Shown here: positions 14,106 through 26,276 of the stretch, piece after piece
Numbering within the stretch: the stretch's first letter is position 1
How the letters are laid out: every line of letters starts with the position of its first letter
DNA from: Raja brachyura
Taxonomy: Eukaryota
NCBI GenBank assembly: GCA_963514005.1
Contig: CAUPSL010000303.1
Location: 1 to 64,000 of the forward strand
DNA: 64,000 bases
Direction of reading: 5' to 3'
Translations under genes and position numbers: made by a program
The notes under the pieces: model-generated
Told to the model about the DNA's origin: nothing
The model's input: the letters and a program-made list of their open reading frames with translations, nothing else
The model's database searches: none

Positions 14106-16029
14106 GTAGTTGAGTTAGGTACGATAAGAACATTTATGGAAACATTTGGAAAGTGTAGAAAGATAACGGCCAAATTCCGGCTGGTGGAAATAGCGTAGAT
14201 AGGCAATATGGTCGGCATGGATGAGTTGGGCCGAAGGGCCAATATCCTATAAAGACGTAGGCTGACTGCTACTTTGTGAATGGAAGTAGCGCTGTTGTGC
14301 CCTTGAATGAAATAGGTCCTTCTGCCCAACTCACCCATAAATACCCAAATCGATCCTGATCTCGGTTGCTGTCCATATCGGTCGGCCGCTCGCTCTCCCA
14401 GTGGTCGCGTCTGATTGTGTCCACATCCTACAGTACGCTCGTTGGATGGTGAATCGGCGGCTGTAAATTATCCCAGTGAATGTAGGTGGTGGGTGAAAGG
14501 GTGCGATTTTTATAGGTAGGTGAAATCGAATAGGCTGCAGGAAATTGGACTTGGGAGAATGGGAAGGAGATGTTGTAAATTATTTTCAGATTTCAAAGCG
14601 CTTGAATTGCCAAAATAATTATAAAATAGGACTAAATTCGGGGAAATTGGATTGGTATAGATAGGTAAAGTGGCCATCATGGGCATGGTCCGCCAAGTGG
14701 CTTATTTCTGTGTTCCGTGACGCATGGTTGATTGGCTAACCATCACATCCCATGCCGTGAGAAAATTACTGTACAATGACATTAAATAATGATCTTCACC
14801 TTCATTTCATAGGAACAGTCACACAATATCCAGTCCAAGACCACATTCCATTTTGCTGAACTTCACCAGATTCTCAGTGAGAAAGACCTGCGAGTACTGG
14901 CAGATATCCGGGAAGAAGAGCAGTTAATTCTGAATACAATGGAGAAAGATCTTCAAGAGATTCAAGGGCATATCAATTCCATTCAAGAGGAACTATTAAA
15001 GCAGGAACAGATGGATCGTAAAGACAGTGTGATATTTCTGAAGGTGAGCGGTTACACTATACTTTGGCGGTACAAATGCGGACACGAAATGGTGGGTGAC
15101 ATTTCTGAAATAAAAGTCTATTTACCAGTTATTCACAACTGGGAAAATGTTCCTCCTGCACCAGCTCTTCGTTGCCGTTGCTCCCAAACTACCCGGCCAC
15201 CAGCACAATATTAACGATCTCAACACTGCCTGCCAACTCCTTGGGAAACCGTCTCTGTGAACTTCTCACTGAGTTAGTGATTGTTTAATATTTCCCTCAA
15301 AAGAAGGAGAATCTCCACAAATCACAAAACCATGGGAAAAGTTAGCCGTGTGGTGAACCTACATGGAGAGGGAATATGCGATCGTAAACCAACCCGGTGA
15401 AGGCAGCTTAATGGATAGTCAGCTAGGATATGCTTGGTCAGTCCCAGGGACATCCACCTTAAGGTCGCTCTCACCTAAAGGGACATATTATCTCCAAAGT
15501 ATCCTTTTACTTTTCAAGGGACCTATTAACTTTTCTAGTTATTCGTTTGCTATTAATGCACTTGTCGAATCTCTTAAGATTCTATTTCATCTTTTCTGTC
15601 AAAGCTTTGTCCTGAGCGCTTTTCAAGTCCTGGTCTTCCTCAGGTGTACTCCTACATCTTGTATACTCCACAGAATCCAGCCAACTTTACTTAAGGAGCC
15701 CCCCAGCCCTTTGTCGATCAGATTTGTTTTATCCTTCCAGCCTTGTCCTTCCCTGTCCTTCTCTCTGACAGGTACATTCTAGTATTGGGACTGAATGATT
15801 TATTCTTTATGTTAACGACCAGAAGGAAGGGACAGAGTCTGGGGCAAGTTTGCTTAGGATTACTGTGGTTCTGCAAAAACGGAATGAATATTCAAATATC
15901 TGTCAATGTGGTAAAGTGGGAATTTATGCACTTCAGTGAAATGGAAACAAACAGCAAAATGAGTGAAATGCAGACGGGTCCAGGTGTTTTTGTGCATTTG
16001 CCAAAAAGGGTAGGCAGGCGGGGAGTCAT

Positions 16030-16335
16030 GATGACGCAGCGGTAGAGTTGCTGCACTTACAGTGCATACAGCGCCAGAGACTCGGGTTCGATCCTCACTA
16101 CGGGTGCTGTCTGCACAGAGTTTGAATGTTCTCCCCGTGCGTTTTCTCCGAGATCTTCGGTTATCCAGCTGTTGACTTTGTCTAAATGCATAATTATCCT
16201 TCGCGTGTTAAGGATAGTGTTTCATCTGCGGAGATTGCTAGTCGGTGCGAACTCGGTGGGCCGGAGGGCGAGTGCTAAAGTTAAAACTCACGTTTAAGTC
16301 TATCTCTAAATTCTATCTCTAAAACTAAAAAAACC
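16030..16335 (+). mobile_element. V-SINE (HE1-like) inserted into an old CR1 fragment
   Basis: A box-like GGTAGAGTTG, B box GGGTTCGATCC, V core, and CTAAA-type tail. Confidence 0.75.
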
Positions 16336-19300
16336 TAAAAGGTGCAGTGAGCAATTTAGAGAGGAAATGGCACGTTGAGTTTTATTGTAACGTGGTTGAA
16401 GTTTAGAAACAAGGAAGCTTGGTCACAGTTGTATAGTTGATGAGGCCACACCCAGAGCATAGATTTAATATAATAGCAATGGAGGCAGCACACAAGTGAA
16501 TCGCCAATTTTGGGATTGGGATGAAAGGGTTCTTGAATCAGGAGAGGATAAAAATATTATGTTTAGAAGAGCGAGGGGTGATCCTCTGTCTGATCCCATG
16601 GTCCACGACTCGACAGAGGGCAGTGAATCTCTGGGAATGTCTAACCAAGAGAAATTGAGAGGTTTAACCCGTTATAAGAATTTAAACCAAAGGGAGATAC
16701 GTGTTTGAAAGTTGACATAGTTGAAATTAAAGGGAATGTGGCACAATGAATGGAGTTCAGTCCAGGACTAGATCAGCAATTACCACATTGTAGGGATTAA
16801 CATTGAAATGTAGAACGTGACAAACATATCAGATTTAACATCTATATCCGGTTCCCATCAGCAGTGAGTGGTCACCTTGGGGGGGGGGGGGGTGATTTGC
16901 TCTGTTTGATTTGTCTATCTGTGCTCACCAGAGAATTGCATCCGTTTCTATATCATGGACAAACCATTCCGTCCATTGTCTCCGGTCAATCGTTCTATTT
17001 TACTCAACATCCTTCTTATCTACTCACTACACCCGCCAACAATGCCGCGAATTGGAGAAAGTCTCATGTCTTTATCCCGCTTCCGCTTAAATTTATCTGC
17101 AACATTGGCTTCAGCTACCCCCCTGCAAGTGAGGTTCACGTTCCCTCGTTGTATTTTCTATGGGAATTTTTAAACTCTATCCTACATTTTAGATTTGACG
17201 TTTGCTGTTTCCGCTATTGGTGATACTATTCTACCCTCCCTCCCCCCACCACCGATTTAAATCCATCGATCATCTTAAATGTGTCCATCCCATCATCTCT
17301 GACATCTTCTACAGATAAAATCCCACGACCTTCCCAGAGTTTTCCACAAGTTGCGTCCGTTCTGTTATGGCATGATTTTCATGGATATTCATTCTATCTT
17401 GCCCCGTGTTTCTATGTCCCCACGAACATTTCTATTATCTGTCTATGTAACAGCGACAATGTGCTTTGGGAGAGGGGAATTATCTGAAGCATGTCATAAT
17501 TTAGCCGAAGCACCTCCTATCGAGATGTGGCTATTTCTTCTCACGACTAAAATTTGTGTTTTATTTATTTCAGGATGAAGCTCGTCGGAAAAGGAGGTAG
17601 GACATGCTCTTGACTGAAACACAGCGCGTTTGTGTTGAAACAAAATCATGCTTAGTTCATAACCAGCTGTTAAATATTTGGAAGTTCAGCGATGAAACCA
17701 AGCTACTGTTGGTAGTAGATGGTGCCTTGCCGATTGAAAAGTTTGATCACCCTGTTTTGTTCAACACGATATTCGGTGAAACATCTGATGACTTCAACAC
17801 GGTAAATCTTATACCTTCCCCATTGTTCTTGGTCATTACATATTTAAGTAATACAGATGAAGGATTGATGTTGTTAATCGAATGAAGCGAAATTGAAATT
17901 TTGTTCAAAGTAATTAAAACATAAGACCGCTGAGCCCTGCCGTTCACTGTGTAGGTTCTGCCCTGGCTTGTTTCCCTAAAATGCAACACCTCGCACGTTG
18001 AAATATGAAATTTCATTATTCACTTGAATGTTAACCATTCCTCAGCCCACCTGCCCAAATGATTAAGATTTCCCGTCCTCTTTTTGTACCCACTAGGGGA
18101 TAAAACTACTTCCAGTGTTCATGTGCACCTGATAAATGAACTCCTTGTGTTCGATGGATCGACTTGACACAGAGGGAATGCACCAAAAATTGACTATGCT
18201 TGTTCGGGGGAGAAGGCTTGTTGTGCGGGGCAAGATAAAGTAGACTGACCTGTGTTGCAGGTTTTTTCGGGGAGATCGCAGTGAAACACAAAGTTATTAC
18301 AGGGCTCATTGGGCTGGATGCAGGGAGGGTGTTTCCCCTGTCTGAGGCGGCTGGAGCCAGCGGACCATTATGCATAACGACCAGGAAACACACAAAGACT
18401 TGTGAACTTTTTTATTTCCCTGCACCGGTGGATGTGGAGACTCAGTCATTCAGTGTTCTGGAGGCCAGATATCCATGGTTCTCCATTACAAACTCAGGCG
18501 GTTCTGCCCGTCACGTCCATGTTCACCTTTTTCTAAACAACACTAATCAATTTCCCCACATTACACCCCTAGTCTTCTAATCTTCTATTCAAGTGCCTCT
18601 TAAATATCGTGATTATATCTGACTGCACCACCTGCCTACAGCATGTTCCAGATATCAACCACTCTCCGTGTGAAGAAAAAATATCACTCAGATCCACTAA
18701 AACGCTTTTCTGTCGCCATAAACCTGCACCCTGTTGTGCTACTATCCCTGCATGAGAATAAAGTTTTCATAATGAACCCTGTATCCTGCTGTAGACTTTG
18801 ACAGCAATCCATGCTGTCCACAATTGTTTGCCTCCTCCATAAACATACTCATCATAGTTCCTACATTCGCATAGAATCTTATATGGGGTTTTAGAAATAA
18901 ACATTGCTGGTTCAGCCTGGGATTCGGGTAACCAGTCTCTACATGATTATTCAATTAATTGCTTTACGGAATCTGAGAAGACCGCTCCTGCGGCTCGGGG
19001 TGTCAGACAGATAGGCTCACTGCAGAATGCAGGGACAACAACAAAAAAACAGTACTTTACCTCTTCTGGAGATGGGAAGAGTTTTTTTTCTGTTAAATGT
19101 TATGTTACACATAATGCGGCACGGACACTGACGTCTTAGAGTTCATTTCTATGGGTCTTTAACAATAACTTAAGTTATAGTCCCATTAATTGTACCCAAC
19201 GTGCTTCTCCTCATAGTTGCTGCAGCAAGTGGGACCCGCTCTACCGGGTTTCACCCTCTGGTGTCTAGTATTTAGGATATCATTAACACAAGTTCTTCCA

Positions 19301-19854
19301 GACCCAAGACACGGAAGTATGGGATATTGACATAAAGTTAATGCGTATTCACCATGAGGCTCCAGATATATCACTATCTTTGGTTCGGCTCTCATAGGTA
19401 GGTTATTCCTTGGCTCTGCCCTCAGTGCACGGGTCCAGTGATTACATAAATTGCGAATCGACAGGATCTTCACAACTGCAATATCATAATTCATGTTTTC
19501 ATACGCCATGCACCTTCGGTTACACGTGGTCACACGTTTATATCGTTAGGTAAAGATCATCTAGAACCTTGGAGGCTCTGATACTAGTTCAGTCCATCTC
19601 TTGGGTTTGGCTTATACAGGAGTAGATCCTGATTTAAAATCTCACTCACCAGGGCTGATACAACACCAGCAGCAAGGTTTATGTGCGGTCCTCTGGACCA
19701 CATCCTGTCATCTGCAGGATGGTCAAACGGACGAGGTATTCAACATTTATTTTAATCCATTGTCAGAACAGGGGTATTTGCCAACTCTATTTAGGTTCAA
19801 TTTATAGTTCCTCTCGGTTTTATTTAAGACCAATGCTGTCCTAAATTGATTTAT

Positions 19855-20175
19855 GTGGGGGGAGGGAGCGGGGTGAGGTGTGCTGGGAGGGGGTATGTGG
19901 GCGGGGAGGTTCCGGGCAATGGGGTGTGTGGGCAGGGGGAGAATTGTGGTGGGAGGGGGTATGCGGGCGGAGGGCTGTGGGGGAGGGCGTTGTGTGAGCG
20001 GGGGGGGTTGTGTGGGAGGGCGGTGTGCGGGTGGGAGGGAGGGGGAGGAGGGGAGAGAGCTCGGAGAAAAGATGGGGGAAGGGCCATGAGGGAGAAGGGT
20101 GTATCACGGGGAGGGGGCCGGAAGCAGCGAGGGGGAACAGAGAGGAAGGGGCTGGGCTGGCGAGGCAATGGGGAC
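19855..20175 (+). repeat. G-rich, purine-rich low-complexity tract
   Basis: Dense runs of GGG to GGGGGGGG with TGTG spacers. Confidence 0.85.
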
Positions 20176-20310
20176 TCACAACGGGTGCTGGTGGCTGGTC
20201 ATTTTTCTCCGGCGGGATCCTAATCTCCGCTTTATATTTGGTGACAACTCCGACACCGCGCCGCTTCCGGTCCCTCCGAAAATTGTTTCCGGTTGGAGAC
20301 CCCTTGCGGG

Positions 20311-20400
20311 TCTGAAGAAGGGTCTCGACCCGAAACGTCGCCTATCTCTTTCGCTCCTTAGATGCTGCTGCACCCGCTGAGTTTCTCCAGCCTTTTGTGT
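20311..20400 (+). ncRNA. Penelope-derived tail containing a minimal hammerhead ribozyme-like core
   Basis: CTGAAGA-A-GGGTC-TC-GACCC-GAAAC-GTC at 20312-20339. Confidence 0.55.
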
Positions 20401-20666
20401 ACCGTCCAGTAAGGACGTGATGGCACATGGAAGGGGCGGACCTTCCCGGGAAGTGACAGGAGAAGAGACCAATCCGCGCGGCGCTAACTATCAGGAGAGG
20501 AGATCGATCTGCGCACGATTTTTAAACCTCGCTAACCTTTAAAATATACCACTGATCGGAACGAAAATAGAAAAAAATGCGCAAACCGGAAGAGCACAAT
20601 AACAGAGTTCTGGTCATGTGTAGATAGATACATGGACAGACAGACGGACGGACGGACGGACGGGCG

Positions 20667-21063
20667 NNNNNNNNNNNNNNNNNNNNNNNNNNNNNNNNNN
20701 NNNNNNNNNNNNNNNNNNNNNNNNNNNNNNNNNNNNNNNNNNNNNNNNNNNNNNNNNNNNNNNNNNNNNNNNNNNNNNNNNNNNNNNNNNNNNNNNNNNN
20801 NNNNNNNNNNNNNNNNNNNNNNNNNNNNNNNNNNNNNNNNNNNNNNNNNNNNNNNNNNNNNNNNNNNNNNNNNNNNNNNNNNNNNNNNNNNNNNNNNNNN
20901 NNNNNNNNNNNNNNNNNNNNNNNNNNNNNNNNNNNNNNNNNNNNNNNNNNNNNNNNNNNNNNNNNNNNNNNNNNNNNNNNNNNNNNNNNNNNNNNNNNNN
21001 NNNNNNNNNNNNNNNNNNNNNNNNNNNNNNNNNNNNNNNNNNNNNNNNNNNNNNNNNNNNNNN
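20667..21063. other. Assembly gap (N run)
   Basis: Ns, preceded by a (GACG)n/(GACA)n microsatellite. Confidence 0.99.
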
Positions 21064-21774
21064 CTTTTAGAAATAAATCGTTCTATAATTAGGCGGAAGA
21101 AGTGTCCCGGCCTTTAACATCGTCTGTCAATGTCCCTCCACGGATGCTGCCTGACTCGTGAGTTTACTCGCACTTTGCTTTTACTCAAGTTCTATAAATG
21201 TTCACTTCCGTGGGTTTCGCCGCGTCTTGTTGGATAACACTAAAGTGGACGAAGCGATTGACAAGAAATGACAGTTGAGAGCGGATTTATTGCATTTCGA
21301 ACAAAGGAGACTGATGAGGAAATATAACTGAAGTAATTAAAATTGAGCAAACGTTTGGAAATAGTAAAGAGGAATTCATTATTTCTCAGGAAACAGGAGA
21401 TTATTTCTCACGACAATGGTCGGCTTAGCCCTATAAACGTTTGGAAGAAAGTTCAAACGTTTGCTTTTTCAATCGACCAGTAAATGGGTGTGTGTCCGTA
21501 GATGGCACACTCACGTAGATGGTGAATTCGCGGCTAAAATGTGGTTCATCATCTTCGCATCGGGCAGGATTAATAAAGTAAAGAAGCAGAAGAATGTTCC
21601 ATCGTGACAATAATACGAATCCATCATACCTCCTTCGCTGATGCATTTTATTTCAGATGGGCGGCCCTGCAATTCCAATTGACTGCCACAGAAATCAATG
21701 CTCTATGTTAAACCTGTGGTCTACCGAGTATCTCGCGTGGTCCATCTATTTAGATAACCTTCATAATTTCAATG

Positions 21775-24275
21775 TTATTCATGGATAACCCCTTGAGATG
21801 GACAGTCATCTAATTTTCATAGAACATACAGCACAAGACACAACATACATAGAGGCTCTCATTGACCCAACTACCCGCACACCAATCCCCAAACCCTTGC
21901 ATCCCCACTTGTTATAGTTTATAACATTTGTTAATTGACTTTGCATATCTAATAATAATAAGTTATGTTTTACAGCATAATGTCGATGCCTAATACCATA
22001 TACCACCTATCATACATCGTACGTTACTACATACTATCAACATTATTACATGATATATTATTTCATAGTATTGTGACATAATACAATATAAGACCTTGTT
22101 ACATTATGCAATACAATAATACATAAGTGTAATAGCCATGCATATATAATAGCTATGCCAAATAATCGCACACAGAGCAAGCTGGATAAAGGTGCTCGAA
22201 GACTCTAATACTAGAAACAGGTAAATGGTTTTATAAGTAAGGGTACTAGACCAAATGAGCTAATGGTTCTTATGGTACAGGGCAGAGTGTTCCAGTCAGA
22301 AGGAGCTTTGAATTTAAATGCGCGTCTACCAATTTCTTTGTTAGTTCTTGGAATGAAAAAGAAGGGTTGCTGAATATGTCTTAGTAAATATGAGGGTGTG
22401 TATGGTAATAGGTCTTGTTTTAAATAAGAAGGGTAATTGGTATGGATGCATTTAAAAATGAACTGGAACCAGTGGTAGCATCTTCGAGCGTGGGGGATAA
22501 CCAGTTTAGAGTTTCGTACATAGAACAGTGGTGAGTTAGATATAGGCACCTTAAAATAAATCTGCAAAAACTATTATAAACTACATTGAGGGTTGAATAT
22601 GTGAATCAAATGTATTCTGATAGACAATATCAGCATAATCCAGTGTTGGTAGTAGTAGTTGAGAGACAATTATTTTTCTCATCTGAAAGGAGAAACAGTT
22701 TATATGGCGGTAAAGAATAGCTAGATTATAGCTGATTTTTTTAGTAATCGTCTCAATATGCTGCGTAAATGAAAGCGTTGGGTCGAGCCAAACACCAAGA
22801 TATTTGAAGTTCAATACTTGTTCTAATGGTGATCCTTCATTAAATTATATAGTCAGATCTACAGAATTACCAAGGCCTTGTCTGGTACCAAATAACATAC
22901 TGCATGATTTATTTTTATTTAAAATTAATTTGTTAAATAATTGCCATTTCTGAACAGAAGTAAGATCTGATTGAACGGATACTTCAATTTCAGACTTGTT
23001 AGTACTAGATGTATATAGCACCGCATCTTCGGCATATAGTTGTGTTTGACAGTCAGAACAAATATTAAGGAGGTCATTTATGAAAATAGAGAAAAGGAGT
23101 GGTCCCAAAGACGAACCTTGCGGGACACCATCTCAAAAATTAAGGAATTGGATTGACTTCCATTAAAGGCAACACATTGGCGTCTGTTATGAAGGTATGA
23201 GTTAAACACGCAGTAGATTATTTTAAGAAAGACCAATTGAGTAAAGTTTATCAAGCAGTAGGTAGTGGACAACAACATCAAAGTGCTTGGTTAAATCAAG
23301 AAAGATGGCATCGGTGAGTTTACCATCCTCAGAAGCAGAGAACACATCGCTGGTGAGTTTTATGAGAGCTGTAGTTGTGGAGTGATTAGGTCTGAACCCA
23401 GACTGGCATGGAGATAGAATGTTGAAAGTTGAGACATAATGTGATAGCTGGTTGAACACGAGTTTCTCAAGGATTTTAGCCACCGACTTGATAATTGAGA
23501 TGTGGCGGTAATGGTTAATATCTTGTGGACCACTTCCCTTGTGCAGTGGAGTAACATTGGCACACTTCCATGCGGAAGGGAGGGTACAAGTTGAGAAGGA
23601 CAAATTAAACAGGTCGCATAGTGGGTACATTAGAATATTAGCTCCTAACTTAATGAATTTAGTCTCAATACCAGCTGGTCCAGATCCACATTCGCCCTTT
23701 AATTCATTAATAGCATGTTGAACGTCAACAGGTTTTATTTTTTGAAAAGAAAACGAGCTTCTACGGGTAGAGGTAGCTGGAAAGTCACATATAATGGATG
23801 AGTCAAATACAGTAGAGCTACATACAGTGGAGAAGTGATGGTTGAAATCATTGGATATAACAGCAGGGTCCTGAATGATGTCATTATTGACCCGAATCTG
23901 AGTGCTGGTATTTTGATTTGATTTATTAAGAACATTATTTCGTCTTTCCTAGAACTTTTTTGGATTATGCGTGTCTTCAGAAAGATGTTTTTAAAATGAC
24001 TTGATTTAGCATTACGTGTTCTTGTCGTACACTGATTCCTTAAGGACCTTTATTTTTCCCAATCAGCAGGGTCCTTTGTTTCCCTGAAAGTCTTCCAGAC
24101 TTTATCCCGCTCATTGAAAATGATGATCAAATCAGTACTAATCCATGGTAAATGTTATCCCTTGACGTTTATTTCTTTCCAGGCGACGTGCTTATCGATA
24201 ACTCTTGTGACTTCAGTGTATAAATAGTTCCAGGCATCCCAACAGTTGGTATAAGTTGAAACCTGTCTCAGTTTC

Positions 24276-24277
<2 letters not shown>
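21775..24277 (-). mobile_element. L2/Crack-like LINE ORF2 (RT) and 3' UTR, degenerate
   Basis: WKCANVTPLHK, QSGFRPNHST, IFLDLTKHFDVV, GPLLFSIFINDL, LYAED (from YADD), FKYLGVWLD; 3' tail CATCTCAAGGGGTTATCC. Confidence 0.85.
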
Positions 24278-24367
<90 letters not shown>

Positions 24368-24368
24368 G
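24278..24368. repeat. (GA)n microsatellite
   Basis: About 45 GA units with one interruption. Confidence 0.98.
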
Positions 24369-24499
24369 TTGAATAAGAAAATTATAGAAAAAAAACAACA
24401 GAAACAGCTAAACACTGTGTTCATCGGCAGATAACATTATTGTGCTCAGGCTATCACCAGCCACTGGCCACCAACATTAGGCTGTTATAACACAGTCCA

Positions 24500-25670
24500 C
24501 GTAGGAGTTAGTGCAGGCGAGCTGACCGAGAAATGTCTCAACTTTATCAGGAGTGCAAAAGAACTGTGTCTTGCCAGCGTGGACAACTCGCAGTGTGCAG
24601 GGAAAGATCAATGCATTTTCGATGTCACGGTCGCATAGCTTCTACTTAGCCGCCTCATACTCCCGACGTCTCTGGACAAGAACAGCGCTGAAGTCCGGGT
24701 AGATATTTATCCGAGCTCCGTTGTACTCAAGGGGCACATTTTTCTCCCGTGAGAGCTTCACTATCCTCGGCTTATCTTGGAAATAGTGGAACTTCACGAG
24801 GATCGGCCTCGGACCCTTGGCTCTGGCGTTATCCTTGCGACCGGTACGGTGACAGCACTCATTCACAAGTGGAGAGGGGAAATTCGCTTCACCGAGAAGC
24901 TGCGGTATCAGACGGCCCATGAATCCGGTTATATCTTTGGACTCGACCCTCATTGGAATGCCGACGAAACGTAAGTTGGAACGTCTGTTTCTGATCTCAG
25001 CGTCATCTGCCCAAATTTTCAGATCATCGTTTTCTTTTTCCCAAGCTAACTCTTTGCCCAAGCGCCATTACNNNNNNNNNNNNNNNNNNNNNNNNNNNNN
25101 NNNNNNNNNNNNNNNNNNNNNNNNNNNNNNNNNNNNNNNNNNNNNNNNNNNNNNNNNNNNNNNNNNNNNNNNNNNNNNNNNNNNNNNNNNNNNNNNNNNN
25201 NNNNNNNNNNNNNNNNNNNNNNNNNNNNNNNNNNNNNNNNNNNNNNNNNNNNNNNNNNNNNNNNNNNNNNNNNNNNNNNNNNNNNNNNNNNNNNNNNNAA
25301 GCGTTCGAAGTGAGTCTTCAATGTGAGTCAGACTTGCTCCAATTAGATCAATTTTGTTGTCCATGTGTAATATCATGTTGAGCTGCATTTGCTGCATGTT
25401 ATTCAAGACACTTTGGAGGGCAATTGACTCGCCCATTGTAAGGCCAGGAGTCTTTTTCACTCAACAAAATGGTAGACGGTTGAAGGTAGTCCAGTAATTA
25501 GTTATTTTTAGTGATAAAGTCCTAAAGTTGTTTTTCCTTGCTTTTTAAATTCATCAAAAGTTGTTCATTGACACCAGGAGAGTTAGAGTAGATAAAAGAT
25601 CTCAGAACAATGTCAGTAGACAATAGTAGAGCTTGTTACAAACACTCACACAGCAACAGCAGCCATCTTG
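24500..25670 (-). mobile_element. LINE ORF1 of L1/Transposase_22 type with 5' UTR
   Basis: NRRSNLRFVGIP, CHRTG, PRPILVKFHYFQDK, INIYPDFS; coiled-coil-like upstream part; CAAGATGGC (YY1-type 5' motif) at 25662-25670 on minus. Confidence 0.8.
25072..25298. other. Assembly gap (N run)
   Basis: Ns. Confidence 0.99.
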
Positions 25671-26276
25671 AGTTTTTCCCCAAAGACATAAAAAGACTCA
25701 TGTCCTTGTAAAACTCATAGTTGTGTATCTCCGAATCTAAATTAAACTAATTAAATCAAAGAGGCACAGGGTCATATAGCGTGGCAACAGGCCGATCGGC
25801 CCAACTAGCCCGCTCCAACCAACATGCCCCATCTACACCCGTCCATATACCAGTAACCTTATCTTTTTCAGTACCTCTTTCATTATTTCTTAAAGGTTGA
25901 TCAGTATGCATATATTGTGTCAATTTGTGTACAGATATTACGGCGACAATAAGTAAAAGTTAGATATTTATCTTTGCTCGACTCAATAATTTCACTTTAT
26001 GGAGGAAAGAAAATATGAGATTAAAGACTTAAAGGTTACTATGACTACATGAGATGTGCGAAACAGGGTTATTTGTCCCACTGAGGAATGGAATAAAAAT
26101 AGCTGTTTCGGCAACGTGTTCAAGCAGGCGTGCTGAAGGTATAATTCTGAACACCTGCTTCATCAAATTAATGAAACGGCTCTGACCTCATTTACAAGTG
26201 CTCAAATATATAAATTGTGCTAATTGCAAAGATCTCATCACATGTCATCATATCCTAAAGTTCAACAGTAAACGAA

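Noticed and set aside
16030-16110. tRNA genes at A/B-box motifs (also ~47555, ~54262)
   Set aside because: No cloverleaf; they continue into the V-SINE core and tail, so they are SINE heads.
19841-20380. Gly-rich and Pro-rich ORFs
   Set aside because: Products of the G-rich low-complexity tract.
20443-20452. STAT-type TTCCCGGGAA site as an immune enhancer
   Set aside because: A single short motif inside probable repeat sequence is expected by chance.
20632-21117. ORFs spanning N runs (also near 25072, 28710, 42875)
   Set aside because: Artefacts of translating assembly gaps.
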